Part shown: positions 57,201-64,000 of the stretch, in pieces | How the letters are laid out: every line of letters starts with the position of its first letter | Numbering within the stretch: position 1 is the stretch's first letter | Assembly: GCA_048128005.1 (NCBI GenBank) | Contig: JBEUKZ010000100.1 | Coordinates: 310,001 to 374,000, forward strand | From: Veleropilina oligotropha | Lineage: Eukaryota | DNA: 64,000 nucleotides | Direction: 5' to 3' | The notes under the pieces: model-generated | Databases searched by the model: none | Told to the model about the DNA's origin: nothing | What the model saw: the letters and a program-made list of their open reading frames with translations, nothing else | Position numbers and translations under genes: made by a program

Positions 57201-59586
57201 GGGTGGGGGATCCCTTTTTACAATAATAACAAGAGCCCGTTCGAAAATGGATTCATCCCCTTCTGTAATCTCTCACTCAGATATATAAACTTTAACCCAA
57301 ATTTCTATGTCCAAAGTATTTATAAGAAATTATATTCAATATCATTGCTTAAGTAAAAGGTGGTATCAATATAAGCATCACCAAAGAATATGTATCATGG
57401 TTTGTACAAAAATAGCCACATGAAATTCAAGGACTTTTCAAGGACTATTCAAGGACTTCACAAACATTTTCAAGGACTATTTTTTTCAATGCAAATCAAT
57501 ATATAATGTATGTGATATATGCAACTTGGAACAGTGATAATTATAAGTACATGAATAAAAGGCACATTATTCAACTTCGTGTTAAACTTGAATTAAAAAT
57601 GATTATACTAAGTTTAGGTGCGACTTCAGTGCACGTTCGCCCATTTTAGCAATATCGATCGTTTTGTTGCACCACGCGCACAAGGCTTTATGTTTGTTAG
57701 TTTTTACTTCCCGTATCCACGATGCATATTCCACCTGCGCAAGCCAATTTCTATTAAAAACGCATATCCTGCCATATCCGCTGTAAATTGTTGATTAAAA
57801 TTATATTATTTACACGTTATTGACAAAATTTCCTTCATATTTCGCGAATAAAATCAAATAAACACATTGTCGGTCAAGGGAGACAACTTTTATTGTCTTC
57901 AATGTCCGACTGTTTTCGCCATTATCTACTAGTTCCAAGACTCAACGGAAATCAACTAGTTATTGTTAAACTTGACATTCACAAAAATCGAAGATTTCCG
58001 AATCTATTTATAAATTCTGTCCAAATGCAAATCTGTCCAGATAAATGGTGACCGACTTCACCGCGAACGAAAACAGACGCAAGTACCATAAAGTTAATAA
58101 ATATAACTAAGATATAGGAACGCCAAAATATTAAAATAGTTACCATGATGATATTCAAGGACTATTCAAGACTGTTTGGTCATATTCAAGGACTTTTCAA
58201 GGTTATTTTCAAATTCAAGCACTTTTCATTATAGACGGTCAAATTCAAGTACTTTTCAAGGTTGTGCGAACCATGTGAATGCAATAATGACATGAAGCAA
58301 TGTAAATTCTCTTATTTAATTTAAAATGTCAACTTTAACCATAATTTCTATGTCCATAAACACTAATTTCACATGTTATTTACATTATAAATCACTTGCA
58401 GATGAGGGGACAGCATCAATATAGTCAACACTAAAGTACATATGGATGCAAAACGGTGCCTAGAACAACCCATATGAGCTCATTGAAAAACTTTAACCAA
58501 AATGTCTATGTCCATAAATTAAATACCTACATTTATGCAATAATTATAGAAAATTTTATTCAATCTCACTTCCATAACCCTACAAAAGCATATATATGCC
58601 AAAAACTCTCATGGACAGCTATATACACTCAATTCAAAACTCTAACCAAATAGTTTACGACATACGCCCAGACGGACATACGTACGTACGGCAACAACAA
58701 TATCCCACGCTATCTTCGGGAGGGGGATAAAAATTAATAAACACTAACTTTCTTCAATCGGGTCAATATATCTACGTGTCAATATATCTACGTATAAACA
58801 CATCAAAGTTTATGAACAGCAACAGTTATTGCTAATAGTAATAAGATTGACCTCTCTTATTATTTATACATGTATATGACAAATTATATGCAATAAGAAT
58901 GATGAACTAGCAAGATCCTCGAGCCCACAACTTTAGAGGGTGTTTCCCCTCCCACGATGCCCATCGTGAATCCGAAAACGACAAAAATCGTTAGGCGTCG
59001 TGTCTTTATCTTAAATAGTGAATGTGCATATAAAATTTGAATCAAATCGGATTATAGCTGTTCACTGTAGAGAATACACAAGAAATCTCTGTAAACAAAA
59101 TGATTGCCACAGCATGCGCACCCAAACGTCACATTGCGTCGAAGATTCTTATAGCTAAGAGGTAGAAATGATTGATAGATTAGGTTACCGTCCAGCAATA
59201 CATTCCATTTAAGCCTTTTCACAACCTAAATATTTCAAGAAAACTTATTTAATAAGTATTTTTCTAGCAGATTATTGGAAAATAATGAATTTATACAGAT
59301 CTTGACAACATTGAAGGTGCAACTTTCTCACTCACCTCTGTTCCAAATTTTAAATTCCACAGGAATTTTGGATCGAGATAGATATTTGAAATGACCAGTT
59401 CTTCAGTGTTGGCGATAACCTCCTCCGCGATGATCTTGTTGTCTCGAATCCACTCAATGAGATACTCCACGGACTGGTTGAGCACCGCCGGGAACCGACA
59501 TGCCAGTGTGTAATATGACGTGCTATTGTCGAACAACTGTGTCACTGCCACTTCAGGGTTATATGGAATTATGGGATGCGAAGCAC
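6145..59586 (-). CDS. VWDE: Multi-exon gene (partial, 29 exons, ~1602 codons): VWDE-like protein with two tandem VWD-EGF modules
   Basis: Hand-assembled exons have AG acceptors and GT (two GC) donors, and phases chain without stops. VWD motifs (C-x-x-x-NDPH-x-x-TFDG, GEFVLYRH, CNCAVAV, GLCGSYDG...SFSESW) and EGF motifs (CLNDCSENGDCVNGACSCFSDLGGGDCS) each occur twice. Symbol is family-level; orthology not established. Confidence 0.88.
6914..9021 (+). mobile_element. MULE (Mutator-like) deletion derivative with transposase C-terminal fragment
   Basis: ~100-bp TIRs starting CCGGTGTAGCAGCCCAAAACTT; ORF 7522-7782 TNNASEGWNNKF...HPSVWKLI resembles the MULE transposase C-terminal motif; no clear TSD. 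Confidence 0.8.
9081..10027. mobile_element. Unclassified element with 110-bp terminal palindrome and 18-bp inverted repeats
   Basis: Hairpin 9081-9190; TATTTAATCCATTTTGAC (9188-9205) is the exact reverse complement of 10010-10027. Confidence 0.65.
10641..10856 (-). CDS. VWDE-like exon M', module 2, phase 0-0
   Basis: tattttag|LSDDF...AVFISFEEVRC...TVYDSTCLTCAPGVACTLR|gtattt; 216 nt. Confidence 0.85.
11506..11696 (-). CDS. VWDE-like exon L'2, module 2 (EGF second half plus IPT/TIG-like), phase 1-0 (probable GC donor)
   Basis: cttccag|ACNCDSNWLGVDCSID...VTIIGTNFINSENLKCHFTTLQ CAG|gcatgt; 191 nt. Confidence 0.82.
12271..13829. mobile_element. Non-autonomous TIR element, 7-bp TSD
   Basis: TIR CTGGGACTACTA..TAGAGGGACTGG at both ends; TSD ATTTAAG (12264-12270, 13830-13836). 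Confidence 0.8.
13933..14104 (-). CDS. VWDE-like exon L'1, module 2 (EGF first half), phase 0-1
   Basis: ctttcag|ISGDINIW...SSICPLDCSGHATCLN|gtgagt; 172 nt. Confidence 0.88.
14622..15412 (+). mobile_element. HINE-like (non-autonomous Helentron-type) element, ~146-bp core repeats
   Basis: ACTAGAGCTATCACAGGAGTGAT left end, ~4.5 core repeats, (GACA)n, GCCTCCCA...TGGGGGC hairpin; second copy at 34470-35046. Confidence 0.75.
15690..16071. repeat. 47-bp minisatellite, 8 copies, containing the exon K' 3' end and donor
   Basis: Unit CCGATGACAATCCATACTATAGCCTTACTATTGTGTCCCGTTCACAG. Confidence 0.95.
16053..16184 (-). CDS. VWDE-like exon K', module 2, phase 0-0
   Basis: gattttag|DYSSPSNQSHECHTQLITTTLGSVCINARVDLDSILEFCERDTI|gtaagg; 132 nt; three Cys spaced like exon K. 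Confidence 0.85.
16981..17087 (-). CDS. VWDE-like exon J', module 2, phase 1-0
   Basis: tttccag|GNDLTDFLVDTSLPPIGCAVGEDKFSFEFDKEYTAL|gtaatg; 107 nt. Confidence 0.85.
17401..17564 (-). CDS. VWDE-like exon I', module 2, phase 2-1
   Basis: ctttgtag|VNSENSLYSGYC...YCRC...DCGLRFDVVDC...WTKN|gtgagt; 164 nt. Confidence 0.88.
18000..18111 (-). CDS. VWDE-like exon H', module 2 (VWD end), phase 1-2
   Basis: ttaacag|GLCGSYDGVSSNDLTQSDG...DSFSESW|gtactg; 112 nt. Confidence 0.9.
18613..19411 (+). mobile_element. HINE-like element, ~180-bp core repeats
   Basis: AACTAGAAAT...GATGCCCCC left end, tandem cores, (ACGG)n, ATGCCCCC...GGGGGCAT hairpin. Confidence 0.7.
19474..19582 (-). CDS. VWDE-like exon G', module 2, phase 0-1
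   Basis: tcctcag|IILPTGTRVTVKASTEPGRYLNVWIHASSLDHGDTE|gtcagt; 109 nt. Confidence 0.9.
19845..20390 (-). mobile_element. SINE (family of 55953-56214) with internal 28-bp minisatellite, ~13 copies
   Basis: SINE tail and head homology flank tandem CAGTTACAGACAACCCGCCCTCTCCGAC (19944-20292). Confidence 0.8.
20695..20898 (-). CDS. VWDE-like exon F', module 2, phase 0-0
   Basis: cttgcag|VHAFYRQCNDYASCNCAVAVQSGDDVIVIDICG...DGKHTE|gtaaga; 204 nt. Confidence 0.92.
20928..22700 (+). mobile_element. HINE-like element, ~180-bp core repeats, SINE inserted in its (GGAC)n tract
   Basis: AACTAGAAAT...GAATGCCCCCG left end, about 7 cores, ATGCCCC...GGGGCAT hairpin. Confidence 0.75.
22372..22629 (-). mobile_element. 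tRNA-headed SINE (V-domain-like core)
   Basis: Near-identical reverse complement of 55953-56214. Confidence 0.85.
23562..23625 (-). CDS. VWDE-like exon E', module 2, phase 2-0
   Basis: catttcag|TFENHLLGEFVLYRHKYLPYE|gtgagc; 64 nt. Confidence 0.9.
24117..24193 (-). CDS. VWDE-like exon D', module 2 (VWD start), phase 0-2
   Basis: ctttcag|ARVIDRDSTSLCVSINDPHLRTFDG|gtaagt; 77 nt. Confidence 0.9.
24436..24831 (-). CDS. VWDE-like exon C', module 2, phase 0-0
   Basis: ttttcag|LATTDTIIIEEGGDMGYLDLTLNVPP...NTLQTL|gtaacg; 396 nt. Confidence 0.87.
27007..27099 (-). CDS. VWDE-like exon B', module 2, phase 0-0
   Basis: tgttag|VTCSLHACFDGNCDNTTSPGRPSQVFSVDLS|gtaagt; 93 nt. Confidence 0.87.
27548..27774 (-). 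CDS. VWDE-like exon A', module 2, phase 1-0
   Basis: ctttcag|YPYFTENPSM...FDCDY...SYLVSWQHEG...YRSQ|gttagt; 227 nt. Confidence 0.87.
28118..28232 (-). CDS. VWDE-like exon N, module 1, phase 0-1
   Basis: ttctttag|DDKCFISNNCYSSRELNPTNISLACIAEKSFDSWSLFN|gtaagt; 115 nt, same as N'. Confidence 0.88.
28830..30182 (+). mobile_element. HINE-like element, ~165-190-bp core repeats
   Basis: Tandem ATCACTGCCAGAGTATCAGGTGACATCCATAC... cores, (GAC)n, TGTCGC..TTCG..GCGAGACA terminal hairpin; left end approximate. Confidence 0.7.
30275..33682. repeat. 23-bp satellite (~3.2 kb), split by a HINE core piece at ~31030-31243
   Basis: Unit ATTTATCAGGCAATGCATCCCAT with variants. Confidence 0.95.
33970..34182 (-). 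CDS. VWDE-like exon M, module 1, phase 0-0
   Basis: cttccag|LTNGGF...ARFISLHEVVCP...VSISND...VYHSDCHDCESSGSCSPK|gtgggt; 213 nt. Confidence 0.88.
34470..35046 (+). mobile_element. HINE-like element, same family as 14622-15412
   Basis: Same left end, ~146-bp cores, (GACA)n and terminal hairpin. Confidence 0.75.
35106..36135 (+). mobile_element. HINE-like element fragments, ~160-bp core repeats
   Basis: AACTAGAT...GAATGCCCCCC left end; repeated AAATCCATGAAGGCATTCTCAAGTT...GGGGCATAACT. Confidence 0.6.
36553..36936 (-). CDS. VWDE-like exon L, module 1 (EGF plus start of IPT/TIG-like), phase 0-0
   Basis: ttgtag|ITELNST...CLNDCSENGDCVNGACSCFSDLGGGDCS...LVCKLRKVK|gtagga; 384 nt. Confidence 0.9.
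37262..38791. repeat. ~76-bp (73-82) minisatellite, 20 copies, containing the exon K 3' end and donor
   Basis: Unit TATAATGTCTCACCGCTAGGCTGTTGATGCATTGCTTGATGGCAGTTTGGACGTCAACACTCTATATCTAGCACCC. Confidence 0.95.
38742..38897 (-). CDS. VWDE-like exon K, module 1, phase 0-0
   Basis: tatttcag|HFSFPTPSGMTRDVAEALC...NCVHLESVYTQAAIKQCINSLA|gtgaga; 156 nt. Confidence 0.88.
39435..39532 (-). CDS. VWDE-like exon J, module 1, phase 1-0
   Basis: catttcag|GTDITNLPDILKEVPSNCLKTRMFEYDETFSVQ|gtaaat; 98 nt. Confidence 0.8.
39565..39835 (+). mobile_element. tRNA-headed SINE, same family as 55953-56214
   Basis: B box GGGTTCGACCCC, core GGTTTACCCGGGTGACCGGGCTTTCCTCCC, (TTTCC) tail. Confidence 0.85.
40544..41856 (+). 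mobile_element. HINE-like element, ~160-bp core repeats
   Basis: AACAAG...TAGTTCCCCGCC left end; cores with TGACCTTG...CAAGGTCA; (ACGG)n; TAGTCCCC...GGGGACTA hairpin. Confidence 0.78.
42880..45042 (+). mobile_element. HINE-like element, family of 28830-30182, interrupted by a TTAA element
   Basis: Same cores and same AACCAAGATGACACG...GGGGCGAGACAAAAA end. Confidence 0.72.
43958..44956. mobile_element. piggyBac-like non-autonomous element
   Basis: TTAA TSD (43954-43957, 44957-44960); TIR CTCTTTAGCGCC / GGCACGAAAGAG; empty site in the sister HINE at ~30088. Confidence 0.75.
45882..46036 (-). CDS. VWDE-like exon I, module 1 (Cys-rich), phase 2-1
   Basis: cctacag|VASSSSHYEGSC...FCDCATSEGVCSAGLDAIVC...FIE|gtgagg; 155 nt. 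Confidence 0.85.
46670..46775 (-). CDS. VWDE-like exon H, module 1 (VWD end), phase 1-2
   Basis: tttgcag|GLCGTFDTDKSNDFTLYDDTVIEMTDDLAGFTASW|gtaaga; 106 nt. Confidence 0.9.
46830..47700 (-). mobile_element. 5'-truncated CR1-type LINE (ORF2 C-terminus plus 3' UTR)
   Basis: Uninterrupted ORF with EKDLGV, RPHLEYAVQAWCPY, QRRATKLI, YEERL, RGDMIQVFK, FFSNRVVDEWNALP; stop at 46928; (TCTATTTAA)-type tail. Confidence 0.92.
48142..48253 (-). CDS. VWDE-like exon G, module 1 (VWD), phase 0-1
   Basis: cattag|IGLPTGLVVWVELRTGFLGQFLNVFIVPSVVDSAKTA|gtaggt; 112 nt. Confidence 0.88.
48694..48897 (-). CDS. VWDE-like exon F, module 1 (VWD), phase 0-0
   Basis: ttgtag|IRYFIRQCNGFMCACAVSVRSVDDVILVGNCG...EGGLSYK|gtaatg; 204 nt, same as F'. 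Confidence 0.88.
48980..50232. repeat. 23-bp minisatellite (~1.25 kb) with interspersed 19-bp variant
   Basis: Unit AGACTAACAGGTGGCATAAATAT; variant AGACTAACAGGTGGCTGCG. Confidence 0.95.
50532..52137. mobile_element. Unclassified element with ~130-bp terminal palindrome and 16-bp inverted repeats
   Basis: GTATTTATCTTGCTTT (50532-50547) is the reverse complement of 51990-52005; hairpin 52006-52137. Confidence 0.6.
50798..51981. mobile_element. Non-autonomous TIR element (CATACATGTGATA family), 6-bp TSD
   Basis: TIR CATACATGTGATA / TATCACATGTACG; TSD CATAAT. Confidence 0.78.
52154..52217 (-). CDS. VWDE-like exon E, module 1 (VWD), phase 2-0
   Basis: atttcag|TYSGKKPGEYILYKHRELPFE|gtaagt; 64 nt. 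Confidence 0.88.
52327..52838 (+). mobile_element. HINE-like element
   Basis: AACTAG...TATCCCC left end; cores with AAAATGGCCG..GGCCATCTTG; TATCCCCG...CGGGGATA hairpin; related fragment at ~58905-59110. Confidence 0.65.
52846..53290 (-). mobile_element. LINE 3' end fragment
   Basis: LYLPKP...KRTFKYSGAQIWNDLP...FKR, then UTR and (TAA)n tail. Confidence 0.7.
53529..53605 (-). CDS. VWDE-like exon D, module 1 (VWD start), phase 0-2
   Basis: ctccacag|VSIADKDRSAICSVLGSMHIISFDG|gtaagt; 77 nt. Confidence 0.88.
54069..54467 (-). CDS. VWDE-like exon C, module 1, phase 0-0 (probable GC donor)
   Basis: gattttag|VTSDLVINIVEGGNAAPVTVRALVPP...VATIQ CAG|gctagt; 399 nt versus 396 nt for C'. Confidence 0.8.
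55556..55648 (-). CDS. VWDE-like exon B, module 1, phase 0-0
   Basis: ttttcag|LSCAVTACLAENCLETKGSFRQSNILEVKLE|gtgag; 93 nt, same length and Cys spacing as B'. Confidence 0.85.
55953..56214 (+). mobile_element. tRNA-headed SINE (V-domain-like core)
   Basis: A box TAGCGCAGTGG, B box GGGATCGACCCC, core GGTTTACCCGGCAACCGGGGTTTCCTCCC, (TCC)n tail; 18-bp TSD actaaagtatata(t/g)atgt. Confidence 0.88.
56657..57107 (+). mobile_element. Non-autonomous Helitron
   Basis: 5' TC, 3' CTAG, hairpin ACCCGTC-GAA-GACGGGT (57080-57096), inserted between A and T; internal ~160-bp duplication. Confidence 0.8.
57228..58730 (+). mobile_element. HINE-like element, tandem sister of 55660-57211
   Basis: Same AACAAGAGCC left end and GGCAACAACAATATCCC...GGGGATA right end. 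Confidence 0.7.
57396..58275. mobile_element. Non-autonomous TIR element (hAT-like by inference)
   Basis: TIR CATGGTTTGTACA / TGTGCGAACCATG; TTCAAGGAC subterminal repeats; flanks TGTAT / TGAAT. Confidence 0.7.
59336..59586 (-). CDS. VWDE-like exon A, module 1 (Ig-like first half), phase 1-0
   Basis: ttttccacag|GT GCT...GAG|gtgag; 251 nt; ASHPIIPYNPEV...LACRFP...EYLIEWIRD...KFGTE. Confidence 0.85.
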
Positions 59587-60204
59587 CTGTGGAAAATAAT
59601 TTAGAAAAAGGCATTAATTGTAAAATATTACTACCGGTAGATATAGACTAGCAAATATCCATATTGTATCGTCAACAATGTAGCTACTATTTAATCATAA
59701 TAAGATTTGATTTGAATCGGAGGTTATATTTTCCTCGAAGTTTAAAATCTATGGTCATAATTATGGGTCCATAATAATTGAACTAAGCCTGATATTATCC
59801 TGTGAAACACTCTCGCCTTTGCTGGTCATGTCCTACTTAGATCGATTTCTGAAATATGTCTCGAACATACACTGCTGAAGCTGCATTTAAGTGGACTGAG
59901 AGTCAGGCTGTTACCAATGAACCACATAGGCAAGTAATCATAAAACTCATAGACTGTTAAAACACAAATAATGAAAGTATACACGATGAATCATTTATCA
60001 ATTGAATATTTGTAAACGGTGAATTTTTGTGATATCTGAATATACGGAAAGCGTCCCTGGTACGCACAGTTATCTATAACATGATTAGGTTTAACCATCA
60101 TCCTTTCATTCACTATTCCAAATGCAATCAAAGCTGCAATGCAGCTGTAGAGAGCTTCAAGCTGATCGCGTCCTATAGCCCGCAGCCATCATGTCTTATG
60201 CCCG

Positions 60205-61661
60205 ATTGATTTTTCGCTCGCAATATAACTTCATCATAAGACTTCGTTCATATGTAGAAAGTTTCGCCTCACTGGCTTTATCTTTAAAATCCAAGATGGA
60301 GGCCACATCGGCCATTTTGGAGATCGGTCCACACCCAAAATCTCTAGGTGCCGTGTCCTCTCCCAAACCAATACACATACCAAATTGGATAACATTCCGT
60401 TAAGAAATAGCCTGTCTTGAGCGATCACGAGGAATCTCCCAGAGGTGGCCATCAAATTTCAGGTCTGTATGCCACATAATTATGTCTCGAGTTCTGCTTT
60501 TTCAAGGAAAATGTGGCGGCCATTTTCAAATTGTTGTTTTTTTTCGAATTTTTTAATTATCCTCATTTAAAATATCTAAGCTCTAGCATCAATATTAACT
60601 GAGTTGGCCATTTCCTGGAAACACGTCTTTACCTTAATTAGGTTATTTTTGGCAATGTAGGTCAACTGAGGTCAAAGGTCAAGGTCACATGTGGAAGATC
60701 AACCATGACTTCCCATGGGCTCCCTATAGTAACCATGTGTCCGCGGTGCATCCTTTTTTATATATTGCCACTTGAAACAAATGCTTTAATGGCCGCCGAG
60801 GCACTTCCTGCTTTTCAATTTTATTTGGCAAATTTGGCAAATGTCGACTACACACGTCAATAGGAGTTCACTTTATCCACTATCGACACATATATGCATT
60901 TTTCCGTAATTAGGTCATGTTCTGCAATGTACGTCAACTGAGGTCAAAGGACAAGGTCACATGTGAAAGATCAACCATGAATTCCCATAGGCTCCCCATA
61001 GTAACTAATAAAGTCTATGTGTCCGCAGAGCATCGTTTTTGATATATTAATTGCTACTTGTAACAAATGCTTTAATGACTGCCAAGGCACTTCCTGCTTT
61101 TCAATTTTATCTGGCAAATTTGGTAAATGTCGACTACACATGTCAATAGGAGTTCACTTTATCCACAATAGGCACACATATATGCATTTTTCCTTAATTG
61201 GGTCATTTAGAGCAATGTAGGTCATCTGAGGGCAAAGGTCATGGTGGCATTTGAAAACCGAACCATGACTTCCCATAGTGACCATGTGTCTACGTTGCAA
61301 CATTTTCAAGACAGAACCATTTAAAAAAAATTTAAATATGCACTGATACGTCTGCGAAATTTGAACAATCTAGTCGAAGCAGAATAAGAGTTATGGCAAA
61401 TTTAAATTGTGTATGCAAATTTAACCTTTTTTTTTTCAAAAATTTTAAAATTTTAAAAATTTCAATTAGCAAATGTAACTTAGCATATGCACGAATAAGT
61501 CTGCGAAGTTTGAACAGTCTAGTCAAAGCAGAATAAGAGTTATGGCAAATTTAAATTGTTCACTCAAATTTTACTTTTTTTTGCAATTTAAAATATCTAA
61601 GATCTAGCATCAATATTAACCGACTTGGCCATTTCCTGACCATTCCTGCATTTTTGTAGTC
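60205..61661 (-). repeat. Repeat element with ~290-bp internal tandem units (probably HINE-like, reverse orientation)
   Basis: Three copies of GTAGGTCAACTGAGGTCAAAGGTCAAGGTCAC...; boundaries approximate. Confidence 0.5.
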
Positions 61662-62755
61662 CGGCCGGCCCTTTAAATATTATCCTGATATCAGCCCACA
61701 ACATGTTGACATTGATATATACCTAATAACCATTGTATTGACATGTGATGGCGGAATGGGCTACTGGTCTTGAGTGAAGTTTAATGATTATGTCAATGTC
61801 AACCAGTCTCCAGTCAGACTGGATGATTCAAATTTCATGAAACTTGAAATTTGTATTAATTGTACAGATATTAATCTTCAATTTAAATTTCAACAAGATG
61901 ACACAATAATCAACTGTTTTATTAACGTTTTAAAATTCAAATTTAAATTTCTTGTTATTGTTAAATGCGAGCAATTGTCAATATTTTATATACATATTCC
62001 ATTAGAGCTATTTCATGAGAATCAAATGAATTATTTTGTGTTTCATTTTACCAAAAATTAAAGGAACGGCAGCTGTTTCAAATTTTAAAATTGAAATCAT
62101 CATGCGTTATGCTGACAACTTTTCATTCACAAAACAATATAAAGATGTTATGACGTCGGTACCTGTCGATATTCACTTCACACGGACCAACAAGTAACGA
62201 GGAAATGACATTTTAAGTATTTTAATAAATCAACAAGTCGCATCAACGATCTCTTTGCGGCAAACAGAACTTAGCGTAGGCACCCACCCCACAGCGAAAG
62301 CTACATAGAATAGTTACAACGGAATATGAGCTATCGTCGATTTAAAAAGTGTTGAACAAAACAAGTGTTTTCACAATATATTCAGACGCCCACAGCAGCC
62401 TCCATTTACGACCGATCGCTTTTTCCCCTTGCAATTTAAACTTGCCTTAATACGTAAATCATATCTGGAAAGTCTTGCCACGCTGTCATCGGCGGTTTTT
62501 GAGAAGAAGATTTTTTTAAACTTTTACTATATTCAAGATGGCGGCCGAACAACGTGAACTACGAAGTCAATATTTTCGCCGCCCTGCTTTATGTGAAAGT
62601 TTCAGACCCCTGGTTAATGCCATTTTCTAGTTACACTTGGAAGGAAAAACGTGACAATAATAATAATAATAATCCTTACAATTTCAATAGGTCTTCAAGA
62701 CTTTCATAAGAATTGAAGCCCTAATGACATAGAGTTCAAAAGATGAAAGCTGTGA

Positions 62756-63162
62756 GGCCGACTTAAACCAGAGCTGATGTGACACGGACATATGGACAAA
62801 CAGGCCGACTTAAACCAGAGGTAATGTGACACGGACATACGGACAAACAGGCAGATTTAAACCAGAGCTAATGTGACATGGACATATGGACAAACAGGCA
62901 GACTTAAGCCAGAGCTAATGTGACACGGATATACGGACAAACAGGCAGACTTAAGCCAGAGCTAATGTGACACAGATATACGGACAAACAGGCCGACTTA
63001 AACCAGAGCTAATGTGACACGGACAAACAGGCAGACTTAAACCAGAGCTGTGACACGGACAAACAGGCTGACTTAAACCAGAGCTAATGTGACACGGACA
63101 TACGGACAAACAGGCCGACTTAAACCAGAGCTAATGTGACACGGACATACGGACAAACATGG
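62756..63162. repeat. 47-bp minisatellite, ~9 copies
   Basis: Unit GGCCGACTTAAACCAGAGCTAATGTGACACGGACATACGGACAAACA. Confidence 0.92.
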
Positions 63163-63307
63163 CTACAACAATCCCACAATTCGCTTTTAGTGGGAAAAAA
63201 AGCAGAACAACAAAACTAGAAGCATATTAGTTAGTTATTAAATTTTAAGTTAATATCTATGCATGATTATCACTAAAAATAATTTTCCATCTGAAGTCTA
63301 CAGCGCC

Positions 63308-63473
63308 TAGTACAATATCATCTATTGCAGATAGTACAATATCATCTATTGCAGATAGTACAATATCATCTATTGCAGATAGTACGATATCATCTATTGC
63401 AGATAGTACGATATCATCTATTGCAGATAGTACGATATCATCTATTGTAGATAGTACGATAATATCTATTACA
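63308..63473. repeat. 24-bp minisatellite, ~7 copies
   Basis: Unit TAGTACAATATCATCTATTGCAGA. Confidence 0.92.
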
Positions 63474-63568
63474 TCTAATTATTTTCTTCATAGGTATTAT
63501 AAAATCTTATGCTCGACTGACGTGCATAAGTGCAAACATATAAAAATAATTAAGTGTGCCAGATATAC

Positions 63569-63589
63569 CTTCAATGGGAAATATAAACT
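63569..63589 (-). CDS. Candidate 21-nt phase 1-1 microexon upstream of exon A
   Basis: Long T-rich tract ending ttttacag|AG TTT ATA TTT CCC ATT GAA G|gtatat; phase-compatible with exon A; no homology support. Confidence 0.35.
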
Positions 63590-64000
63590 CTGTAAAAGAG
63601 AATATAAAAGATAACTAACAAAAATCAAAGGTAAAAAATGTGAACATCACAGTGACACAATATCATATCCTTAAAAAGATATCAACAAAATAACATTTGC
63701 TCAACTGCTTCTATTCTGCATTCAATAAGATGTCAATTTTACCAGAATGCTGAGTCGTCAAGTCTAAAGGTCTGATCAGGATTAGCATGATCAGCTGGGT
63801 CGAATTCAATATTCCATTTCTCCCAAACATGACTACCTTCACGATTTTTATTCAATTATTTTGATGTACGATAAATAATAAATTTATAAATTATGTTATC
63901 AGTATTAATATTGTATGGATTCAGAAACATCGGAAACCTTGAGAAATGCAGTGCAGAGTTTACGCAGCTAATCAATCGCGAGACGACGTTCAACCATCAA

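Larger units (their letters stand above)
55660..57211 (+). mobile_element. HINE-like element carrying nested SINE and Helitron
   Basis: AACAAGAGCC...TATCCCCCGC left end; ATCCCCC...GGGGGAT terminal hairpin. Confidence 0.7.

Overview
AT-rich animal genomic DNA, probably a mollusc or other lophotrochozoan (inferred from the repeat families). The window lies inside one large, intron-rich minus-strand gene for a VWDE-like (von Willebrand factor D and EGF domain) extracellular protein. I traced 29 exons by hand from 59586 down to 6145; they splice into one open frame of 4806 nt (1602 codons), with neither start nor stop identified in the window. The exons form two tandem, divergent ~800-aa modules (Ig-like, beta domain, VWD, Cys-rich, EGF, IPT/TIG-like, Cys-rich) with matching intron phases, except for one extra intron in module 2. 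The most striking observation is that the 3' end and 5' splice site of the same homologous exon (K and K') has been independently amplified into a minisatellite in each module (20 x ~76 bp and 8 x 47 bp). Also seen: two probable GC-AG introns and a third duplicated donor next to a palindrome-ended element. The introns are packed with Helentron-type (HINE-like) elements, tRNA-headed SINEs, LINE fragments, TIR elements, a Helitron, a decayed PIN/XPG-type transposase and several minisatellites seeded from TE sequence. Family names come from motif recognition only; no database search was run.
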